Source: a virus (lineage: Duplodnaviria; Caudoviricetes). Taken from it: a DNA stretch of 64,000 nt. The stretch is from the IMG/VR virus record IMGVR_UViG_3300016472_000180, positions 1,525 to 65,524 of that record. One strand, given 5' to 3'. Positions within the stretch are counted from its first letter, which is position 1. Each line of letters opens with the position of its first letter. Under the pieces are notes generated by a model. It was not told where the DNA came from, ran no database searches, and saw nothing but the letters and a program-made list of their open reading frames with translations. Made by a program: the position numbers and the translations under genes. This document shows, in pieces, positions 34,488 through 46,400 of this stretch.

Positions 34488-37400
34488 ATTGGGATCTACC
34501 TAATAACCTAGTTAACAAAGGTGAAACTCCCTTAAGATCAATCTCAGATTCTTGCTTTATATCAGTCTTAAAACCTGGGGGAACTATAGGTACCTGTAAT
34601 GCTTTCTCTTTGACATAGTTCCTGTTGGTTGGTTCTTTGGGTGTATATGTTTCCATGCCATCTTTACCCAAACCAGGTGCTGTAGAACTACGGGGGGCAG
34701 AACCTGTGGGTGCAGAACCAAGGGGTATACCACTACGAGAACCACGACCACTACGGGACCTAGATGAATATGGATTGGGTTGTGTTTGAATACCATCCAA
34801 GATCCATTGCAATGCATTGGTTTCATCAATGTTTGCCCGTTCCTCTATGATTCTAGCTGGGATCATCAGTGGTGACTTGTTAATGAAATGTCCTGGGACT
34901 GCTAGAAGTTTTTGACCTGGGCTGGTAGATGGGTCATCATCAAACATTGCTTGGGGTACTTGTATGACCTTCCTTAATAAACTGAGAGTTGAGTTAGCAC
35001 CCACTATAGGAGAACCACCAATACCTGTTGATACCAAGGATTGTACTAACTGGTTTGGATTACTGGTTCCACCTGTAAAGTTGTGGACTGTTCTGACGGC
35101 TGCTTCCAACAGTGGTGTAAATGATCCCACCATTGGCAATCTTGTGGCAACTCTGATGATCATGCTTTCTGGGTCTGATTCCAATTCATTTAACATGTCT
35201 TCAATTTCACGACCACTAGCCCATTCTCGGAACAATCCAATCAATGTTTCTAACACAGCATAGAATACCAGTGTGCCAATCAATAGATTTGTGGTACCAC
35301 GGTTTGGGGCATTCAACATAACATCATCATAGAAAGATGACATGTAAGATGTAATTGCAGCCAACACTTTACCTTGTTCGGATCCCTCAAGTACACCCAT
35401 TGACCTGTTTAAACCATAGGATGCTGTAACTGATCGCTTTCGGATTCTTCGTTCAATACCTTCTTGGAAATCAACAATTGCTTTTTGGTAAACCTCTGGG
35501 TTAATTGGCGGGTTTGTCATGTTCCCCAAGTCACGGTATGCCAAATGCAATTCTCTGAAATCAATAACACCATCTAGTGCGTTGGCGTGGTTTAATCCCC
35601 AACTGATTGCATCCAAGTTGGTAATGCTGTCTAGACCGCTGGTTACTGCGTAGATTGCGTCGAACTCACTGAGTCCAGCTTCCCTTGCCAATCTCTTGTA
35701 TAACTTGGTAAGCTGTCTTTCTGCTTTCTCTGATCTCTCACTGGCTTTCAGCAATCGTTCCATCTCAGCTCTTATTGTTGGTTCTTCTCGTAGCTCTAAG
35801 AACTTTCTTATCTTACCACTTCGGATCATCTTCAACAACTTACGGTAATGTCTTGCCTTGGCATAGTACCGTGTCAGGTTGGTGTTATCTGTAACACCAC
35901 CAAGCAATACTGCGGTTTGTCCAAGCTTGGCTAAATTATCCGCAACCAAACCTGAGATACCACCGCTGATATTGGGTGTTTCCCAAATAGCTTTATATGG
36001 TTTAGACAAGTCCATATCAAAGTTTGCATCAGCAATGCCTTCGTTAAGGTGGGTGGTGTGTTCTTGATGCCAATCTTCTATACTGGTTGCAAGATCATCA
36101 ATTTGGAATCTGTGGTGTGAATCTCCTCTGGTGAGAACATTCAACAAATTAGATACCAACCTAAAGATACCAACTGGAATACTGAGTCCACCAGTTCTTA
36201 TTGAACTCTTGATAAACTCACCAACAGCTTCTGGTGACTGGGCTACACCATAAGCAATACCACCAGCCATGTTAATTACACCACGCAAACTTTTTGCTGC
36301 GTTTCTTGTTTGTCTGCTGCCAATACCGCTTCTTGGTATTGATCCATTGTATTCCGCATATTGCCACATCAACCGAGACATACCATCATAGACATCTTGT
36401 TTATGAAACACTTTGTCTTCTGGTTTTATGCTGTCGAACTCATCAATGTACCTCAGGATTCTTTCTTCCATCATCATTAAAAACTGCTTTGGACGCAAGC
36501 CTGTTTGTCCTGCCAGCTTATCAATTGTTTCTTGGAACAACAAATCAAATACACGGTATCTTACAAAGTTTTGGTATGCTGCATGTAGATCTGTTCTTGC
36601 AAGTTCAAACAACTCTGGATTCCCAAGTATTTCTGCTGTTGAGAAGTTCCTGATGGTGCTTTGGTAATTCTCGTAATGGTTGGTGTCAATATCAGGTCTA
36701 TCGTTTCTTGTTCCAGCTATTGTGCGTGCGTGTCGTCCACGCTTGGCTTTGTAATCCAACAGATCCCGTATCTCAACTTCAACCAAGGACAAACCAGAGA
36801 ATTCTTTCTTCCACTTATCCAGGACATGCTCGGAACTACCTGAAACTGTTTTGTAATACCTGTCTAAATCCGCCTTGGAAAGATCTTCGATTGTCTCTGG
36901 CACTCTATAGACATTAATAACATCACCTTTCTTAATGGTAAAGTATTTCTTACCCTTTATGCCAAAGTATTTATCTAACCCCGTTGGTGATGTCACAGTC
37001 GTGACAAACAGCTTTTCCAGTGTTTCGTTATCCAGATAAGTTGCTTCTGTTTCTACAAACTTTCGATTCTTGGTATAAAATGTTTTGACATCTTCAATAT
37101 CCAAGATACCCATAACAATCAAGGTGTTGATATCTAACATATCATCATTCAACTTGGATTGTGTTCTGGTTTCAACCAAGCTTCGTACCAACTTGGCATA
37201 CTTTTGGTTATCCATTAGAATGTCATTCAGTTTCTGCACAACGATCTGTATTGGCAAATACTCATCTGCTGGGACATCTTCACCATTCTTATCAACAACT
37301 TCTCGCCACCCAGTCTTTCTCTCTAGGTCCAAGATTACTTTGTTAATATGAATCATCTCTTCTCGGTATTTATTTAAGACCGCAGCAATATCATCTGCAT

Positions 37401-40400
37401 CAGCAATACCCAACAACTCTTGTATTTCCTTAGCTGTGGGAGATACCTTTTTTTGCCAAGCTTCAATCTGCAATCGTTGCAACTGTTTGACCTGACCATT
37501 TGTCAGTTTTAACTTGGTAATTTCAGATGCAAAGATTCTGTGTATCTTTGCAAGGTTGCTGACTAACATGATTGCTTCGGTCTTTGCTCTGTTTGCAGAC
37601 CGCAATGGTGTTGCCCCAGGTGCCACAAGCTGACCAACCATTGTCTTGGTATCATCAAACATGGCAGATAACAACCGCATTGATCTTTGCATTGATCGTG
37701 TTGTTGACCCTAGGCGCGTTTTAGATTGAATGAAATTAACAGACTTGGACATGAAAGTTCTCCAAATGTTTCTGTTGGATCTTTCACTGCCACCAAAGAT
37801 AAAACTGATAAAGTTGTTCTGCCTTAATAACATTGATGAGCTGTTGTTAAAAACATCCATAATGTTATCAAGCATTGTATTCAACGTCAGCTTCTCTTCT
37901 TCAGGAATTTCATCCACCTTCAGTTCTTTTGTTTTTGAGTTTTCAACCAGAGGCATTGGTTCTACTTGAGACTGGGCTGTTTGTTTCTGTCTTGCAACCT
38001 TTGCTTCTGTGGTTGGTGGGATGATTGGTTCTTTGTTTCGGTTATTGATAAAGTTTAATAACTCATTATCAACACCCTTGAGAGACATCTTACCATCTTT
38101 GATTGTAACATTATCTGGTATCAACGGTGGTGTAAACTTTTGGGTTTCCGTTGAAATATTTTGTGCAGCCTGTCTATAGATTTCCTTAAGGGTCTTTGGC
38201 TTGTAATACTGGAGACTGACCTTATTGGCGTCTTCCTCAGCCAGTAACTTGGTAACCTGTTTCCAGAAGTCTTGGACAATGTTTACATTGTTTGCAAACC
38301 GTGCTCTATTACGATGCATGATTGCCGAGTTAATGTCAACAAACTCCAAGAACATCTCCTTGAATGCATCTGGTATTCCAGACAGCATTGCATTCCTTGC
38401 CTTCTTATCCAACGACTTAAGGAACTTGGCAAGCAGGAACTTGAAAGACCCAGCATCTGTACCACCGTCCCTGAGGGATTCATTGCTTTCTGTTAAACCC
38501 ACCATAACCTGTTCTGCCTCAGTTGTCAGCGGCAGATCGGTTCCAGAACGATTATCGGACCCTTGGGTATCCTTGGGTCTTTTTGGCTGGACCGTTGTAT
38601 CGGGTTTAGCCAATGGTTCAATAACTGGGATATCCTTGTTGTTGGGACCCCGTTCCACCGTAACCCTGACACTTGGCTTTGCTGCCCTTGGTTTGGCTTC
38701 TGCAGCCTTTTGTTTTTTCGGGGGCTGAGGTATGGGCTTTTCCTCGGAAGCCTCAGGAGCGGCTTCAGGAGCCTTGGTTGGCTTGTCTACGGTTTTCTTA
38801 GGTCCAGCCACCTTGGCTGGTTCTGCCCGGGTGATGCCGCCGTAAGACCATTCGTATTCACTGAACAAGAACTTCATGGTTGTCTGTCCAGTTCTTGGAT
38901 CAACAACCCTGACGGCCTTGATATCAAGTTTCTTCATAAGATCCAGGAATCGACTAACGGCTTCCTTTTCCTTGCCATCTTTATACAACTGTTTGATAAA
39001 AACTAACAATGGATTAATATTGTCTTTGGTAAACTGGGGGTGTGATACTCCATTAAGAATTGTTTGGATTGTCTTAAGGGACGCAAAGAAGTAGTTACCA
39101 GCCATACCATCTGCATTGTGCCATGCTGCAGCCGAAGCCGTGGTCCATTCAACCTTGGTTTTTACACCAGAGCTGATGAATTGACCTTTTGAATTTCTTG
39201 GTCTACCGTCCATTGCGCTTTCGGCAACAGCTGGCTTAACGTGTGGTGTCAGTGGCGTTATTGGTTTATTTCTTCGATTAGCTACAACGGTTACTGGGCC
39301 AACGGTTTCTTCTGGTTTAATGATTGGAACTGTTGGCTCGGCTTCTGGTGGTGTTGACTCAATGGCTCTATCAATAGCATTGACTTCGTTTTGTTGTTCA
39401 ATAGACTCGGTGACTTGTTCTATGATTTCTTGTTTTGATGGTTTTGCTACAGCTTGTTTTGGTTCTTGTAATTTCTTCTGGTTTTCTATCAATGCTTTGA
39501 GAACAGCCATTAGATCCTTGTCATTGACATCTTCAATAGATTTTCCGTATTGTTTTTTAACAGCTGTTTCGATAATCCCACGGGATGAAACAACAACATC
39601 AGAGAAGGTATCTGAAATGTCTTTTGTATCAGCCAACTTAATTTTAAATTTGGCAGCTTCTTCCAGGATTTCATCTGTTGTTAAACCCTTGGCAAGGCTG
39701 GCAACAACAAACTTTCGTTTGTTCATAGTTGCTTTATTTTTACCATAAATTTCAAACCCAAGATCAGCAAGCTCAACTAACTGATTGGCTTTTTCTTTGC
39801 GGATTTCTAACAAAGGCAGTTCTTTTTCTTCTACATCAATTCTGGTAACAACCGTTTCGTCACCAAACTTTTCAGTCTGAGGTGAATAAACTTTTCTGTA
39901 TTCTTTTTCAAAACGCTGGAATAGTTGGGATTGGTTTTTCTTTTCATTGGCTAACCACGCTTCATCTGTTAAATCTGATGTTAACTTCTCGCCACGTTTA
40001 CCAAACAATGTATCTGTGACTTCCAGCGATTCGTTTTCTGCATCTATAAACTTTCGCCAATTTGATGCTGTTAATCCAGCAGATGATTTTCCAGTTAACT
40101 TTTTTTGTTCATCTAAGAACTTATTATAAGCTGCTTTGGCAATCCGAAGCCTGAGTTCTTTGCCTGTAGCAACATCCGTTCCATCTCTTTTCTTAAAGAA
40201 TATAAAACCCTTGTCAGTTGAAATATTACCAACAATCTCTGCAATATGGCTTTCAAGATTTTGGCTATATTTTTTATCAACAGAAAAATTGTTGATTATG
40301 ATTTTTTGGATACGTTTAATATATTGCCAAGGATTTTGTAAGACCTCATCAAGCAAATCTTCTTGCTCGGGTGTCAGTGGATCTTTTGATTCTGGTCGTT

Positions 40401-43400
40401 CCTGTTTAATTGTAATTGGGTCTGCAATTCCAGACTCGTAAGCCGAGGAAAACCGGATAACTCCATTATCACCAATCTGTAAGTCACCAGTATTCAGTCC
40501 ATATTGGATTTTGCTTCTAACTGTTTCCAAATCCCTGGTTCTAGTTTCTGGACTAAAGGTTAAACCCTCGGTCAGTTTATCAAACAAGGTTTTATCGGTT
40601 ATATCACGAAGCATTTTTTCTGCTTGTTCTACAGCTTTTGTGCTGGCTGCTGGTTTGGTAGCTTGTGGTCTTGGTTTGATCTTACCGCTTGCCACTGCTT
40701 TCCGATAGTCTGCCTCTAGTTCTGATTCTCTTTTGGGGGCATAGTATGCTCTAGCAGCTTTAGCAACAGTATTAATAGCTTTTCTTCGGTTTTCTGAGTT
40801 TGTTTTATGCGCTTTTGCTGCAAGTGGTGAAACTTGCAGCATTGCTGCAAGTTTTGAATCAGACGAAAGTAGTACGGTTTCATACGTTTCATACCTAAGT
40901 CCTACTTTTTGGAAAGCTGCTTCAAGTTCTGGTGTAAGACTTTTTTTTGGTAAAACCGCAGCTATAAAACTAGATAACGGAATTTTTTTTATTGGTTTGG
41001 CTTCAAAGTAATTTATTTTGCTGGTTTTAAGATCATCTAAATACTTAAAGACATTTTCAATAAATTCAAGTGGCACTGTTTCGGTGGCATAACCAAACTC
41101 ATTAAGTATTGTCTTAAAACGAACTATACTGTGTTCCTTTGGAAAACCGTACTTAAGTAAGACTTGGTGAAAAGGAAGGGGCTTTCCCAGGCTAGCCTCA
41201 TACCGTTCATAAAACGCTTCATCACCTATACCAAAGTTCAAATCAAAATTAGTAATGGGATGATAGTTGTCACTAGACTCTCTTAAGGCGTTTAGTGTGG
41301 CATCTAATTTAGCAAAATCTTCTAAATGTTCTTTGGTATCTGTTATTCTGGTTTTTGCTTCTGAACGCATTTCCTCAATAGAGGAGAATTGAGAAATTAA
41401 CAAGGATGCGAGTTGTTGGGAATTTAAATTGTCGTCATCTAAAAACACACCGATTCCCCGCTGTTGGTGGCCTTGCATATAATGGAACAGATTGTCGTCG
41501 TTCCAATCAACAAGCTTACCACTAGCATCTACAAACTGTGTACTAAAGAAAGGGGAAGTAGTCAGGAACAACCACTTGTAAAAATCTTTAGTATTTATCC
41601 CGTATGGTTGTAACAGGTTTTCAGCACCTCTGTTAGAAAGAGAAAAATTTTTAGTCTCAAGTTTTTTAGTTATTGTTTTCCAATCTGTATCAGAAATAGA
41701 AATACCGCTAATATATGCATATAACCTATACGTTTCTATATGTTGTTCTAACATGCGTATAAAAAACGGTTGATCTAAAAAATCATAAGAACCATCTTCT
41801 TTTTTAAGAACAGGAGAAGACCCTCCATCTGGAGGGGTTGCGTTAAGTACTTTATCTATCAGATTCTGTAAGTTATTACGCGAAGGTGTTGATGATGAGT
41901 AGTTTTTAAGAACCTTAAAGAACTTCTCTAGTTTTTCTAAAGCTTGTGGGTTTTTACTAGGTAACCAAGTTTGTATTTGTTCTGGTAACGTTACAGTATA
42001 TGCATCTCCGGAATAAACAGGAACTCCGGTTTCAGGATCTATGTGGCTTTTTGTTCCAATAAGAGTAATATCTCCAAAAGTAGCAGTGCTGCCTTTTTCG
42101 GCTGTTACTACACCCATGGATGGGGCTATTAGATCACCACCAGACTTAACCACTTTGAAAAATTGGCTAGAAGAGATGTTAGTGGTGGTTAGAAGAAGTG
42201 TACTATCGTCTGATTCTCTTTCGGGCGCACCCAGTAATCCATCAATATGACCCAAAGTTTCTGCAGTGTTTTGTACCAACCTAGGCGAATCATTGGGTAT
42301 AATTTTATTGCTGTAGATTGGCATCAGCTGTGTGCTGGGGTTAAACACCACATAATGACGAAGCTGTTGTTCTGGTGCTTTGGGATCAACTTGGTTGGGG
42401 AATGAGCGATAGGTCATATCCTCAACAATAATACCATCATAACCAAACTTCTTAAATATAAGAACATTTAACAAAGATTCTGGAATGTCCCCAGCAAGCA
42501 ACTCTGCCGCTTCGTTTTGTTCTGCCCAAAACTCATCAGGAAAATTCCACTCTTTGTCTTCGTATCGAAAGTTTATTCTAGCATCATCCTTTGAAAAATG
42601 TTTGCGCCACTGCCCAGGCCCAGCATCAAGATGCATGGCTAATTCTTGGTCTGTCTTTAAACCAAATTTTTCCATGTATTCTTTTTTCAGTTTCTTTGTT
42701 ATATCTTGCAACACAAACGGAGGTTCTTTACCTTCTTTTATTGGGTTAATAATAATTGGGTTTTCAATGTTGGCATAGTAATAATACGCATACTCACCAA
42801 CATTATAATTACTAACCCCAGAGTAGTCTACTAGATAGGTTTCTCCATCAGACTCTCTGTTTGTCAAGTATACGCCATAACCCAACATATCTGTATGTGG
42901 AAACAGTAAGGTTGCTTTAAGACTTACATTCCACTCGTAGGTGCCACCTGATTTTCTTTTAATTCTACGAGGAGTATAATGACCCATAACAACTAGCTTC
43001 CCAGTAACAGGATCTCTGGCCTGTGAATTAGCAAAAGCTTTTTCTGCTTGTGTTGTTGGGTTGTTGTTAATTTTTTCAATTATTTTCTTAAGCTTCTTTT
43101 GCTTGTTTAGAACAACAGCAGCCTCAGCAAATCCTTTGAACATGGTATAAATACTGCCAATGTTTTTTGATTCACTGTCAAACTCAAGTAACTCCAGTGT
43201 TCCGCCTGTTTTGTCTTGGTTTGGTTTGAACAAATAGTTATTGCTTGGGTTTGTTCCATGAACTTCTGGATTATACTTAACTGTGGTTACTTCGATTGTC
43301 TTAATCAGATCATTAAACTCAGGTGATTTAGCAACCAAATCAAACAAACTTATTTCAAGTGGAGTTAACAGAGTTTGTTCTTGTAAAGCAAGCACCTGTT

Positions 43401-46400
43401 CTCGCCTAGCTGCTTTTTCAGCTGGGACTTTTATTTTTTCCATCTCTTCCGTTTCGGGGTTATACACTTCTGCTGTTTCGGTGCCAATATAATTTTTTCT
43501 AAAGTTATTTAAATACTCTGTTAATTCATCTATTAACTGTAGACCAGTTAGACGCTTACCACGAACAGAGGCTCTTTTTAATTGTTCAATAAGAGTCAGG
43601 TCTTCCAAAGCTCTTACTGGAGCACCAAGCTTTGCCGCTGCTTTACCAAGACTGTAGCTGAAGAAATTACGCATCAACACATCTGGTGTTGAAAGCATAG
43701 TCTTTCTTTGCAATCTTGCATCCTTCTTTTTTTCTGTATCCAGATATTGGGATATATCAGCTGGACTAATTTCCGTTTCTGACCCAGACCGCTTAATTGG
43801 TGGATACCCGTTTTCTACCAAGGATTGGTTGTAGATGTCAATAACAGAACTAAAGTATTTTTTATTGATCTTCAAGTATCTTGACATTGTATCAATAAAC
43901 TCAGTGCGGTTTTTCTTTAAACTGAGTCCGTCAAGTTTGGTATTCAAGAATGCATCAACATGTATTGGTGTTACTTGCTCTGAGGAGGTGTACTCAACTA
44001 GGGCGGCTATTTCATCTTCTGTAAACAAATAGCTTATCTGCTTTTGTGACAGCGTTAGCTCGTCTTGTGTTGGTTGGAATATCCGTATAAGCTCTCGGTT
44101 AATTTTATCCTGCAGTTCTCGAGTGGTTAGGTATTCACGGTCACTCAGTAATCGCATAACAGTATCTTGATATACAATTCTAGAAATCAACAGTCCAGAG
44201 TTCTTATCAAGCAACGACAACATTTCCTTAACCGACTTGAATACCTGCTCTTCCTCAAGTACCTTACTTAGCTTTAACGAATCCAAAACATCCATCAAGG
44301 ATTGACCAATTGAAACAAACTTCTGCATTAACATCTTACGAACCAACCCTTGGTTTGGTGCTTGGTTAATAAAGGCAGCCAGTCTAACTTCGTCAATCAT
44401 CATAACAGAAAAAGCTTCGGCCATTAACTCTTGTGTATTACCGCCAAGATAGTATTTGTTTATCTGGTCTGTATCTAAAGTTTCTCGCAAAGAAACAATA
44501 AAGTCTGCTTCTGATGAGAACAGATTACGAATATTCATCAAAGAAGAACCATGACCAAACATCTCAAAGACATGTCCAATCTCATGCAATACATTTTTAA
44601 TTCTATTCATTTCTCCTGGTTTACCAAAGTATTCTCCAACGGTGACTTCTCCAGCTACTGGGTCAACCATAGACCGTTCTCCACCAACAAGCTTACTGAT
44701 TATGCTTGCAGCTCCAGAGTTCCAGTTCAGGTTAACCGTAGCTGCCAGGATAATACGAACATCGGCTTCGGTTAATCGACCAGATGCAACAAACTCTTGC
44801 ATCGTTTTGTAATAAGCTGTGATGTGTTCTTTGTTTCCCCTAGCTTCTTCAATAAAGGCTGCTGGGTTGGTTAAAACACCAGTGATTCGTTTCTGTTGGG
44901 CTGGACTGAGCTTTCTTGCCTTTCGTGAACCACGAAGAATTCTGCGTAGGGTTGTTTTACCTTCCCGACCAAACAACATTGCTTCAATCGTATCTTCAAT
45001 CTCTTTCTTAACCTTTGGATCATTCAGCTCTCTTTCAGTTCTAAGAGCCATGTCCTCTTTGGCTTCGGCGGTTGCCGCATCAACCCGCTCCTGTGTAACA
45101 TTTATTGTTGGTTTTTCTGGTGTAACCGCAGCTGTGGGGGTAACTGCAGCTGCGGGGGTAACCTCAGGTGTGGGGGTCACTGCGGGTGTAACTTCAGGTT
45201 TGGTTTCACTTACGGTTACCGGCTTCTTGTTATTCTTAACAGAATCAAATATAGCCTCAACGGTTTTTCTGGTAGATGATTGTGGTGTGATTGTTTCATC
45301 TAGTGGCTTGTTCAGTCTAACAGCGTTATCAACATCAGCCAAATCTTCGACTGACAAGGTAGCCCTCAGTTTTGCTTTTGTTTCATCAAACAACTGCAGC
45401 TTACCAGCCAAAACAGTAGCCGACTGCTTTACATCATCTGGTGCATCTATTTCACCTAAAACATCTTGCAGCTTCTTTTGAACAGCAGGCACATTCAGCT
45501 GTTCTAACAGGTGTACTTTTTGTTTTGTAGTCAGGCTGCTCCATGGACCCACGGTAGACAGGTTATCTAATACATCATTTAGGGATTTTATGGTCCCGCC
45601 TCTGATACCACGATCAATGAAATCAAGAAGCTCTTCACGACCACCACGATTATCTAGGCTAGGTTTAAGAGCTTTGTCAGCTTGCTTTGGTGTTGCAACA
45701 GCTTCAGCAGCATCAACAGCGTTTGCTGCGGTTCGTGAAGCATCGTTAATGTCTGACAGCTCTGGCTGTTTGCCCTTTGAGACTGCCGTGTGGATTGTTC
45801 CAGAGATTGGGTCTACATTTCTAAACAGTGTACCGTTGGTAAGTCGTTTAAAGTTGTTCAGTGTTATAGCAAATGGGTGTTGTTCCATTATTGCCATGGC
45901 TTTTTCTGGTGATAAAATCCCAGCCTTGGCCAACCTCTTTACCCTGGCGTTACGGAAGGCTGGGAAAGCAGAGGCTACGGATGACCCCAGTATGCTAAGT
46001 GAGCCACCAAAGATTGCTCCAGTAACGGCGGCATTACCAACCTCATCCCAATCAAAGGATGACTTCATTTCTGGGTTGTAATAGTACAGTGCGTTAGCCA
46101 AAGCTATGTTGTTCTGTTGTCCCATGTAGTTTTGTGCTGCGCCCCACCCAGCACCCACAGTAGCCGTAGCCAAGGCTCTCCTGACAACACCCCACTGCAT
46201 AGCAACTCTAGGTAGATCACCAGTCAAACCCCACTTAGCAAAACCCAAGGCTCGACGACCAAACCTGGCAATTCCTAAACCAGCTTTGGCTGCTCCAGCT
46301 GCTTGTGTAACACCGGCGGGTATTAAACTTATTCCAGCAGATATACCTAACTCAACACCAACTTCAGTTGCAAGATCAACACCACTACCAACCATGCCAT

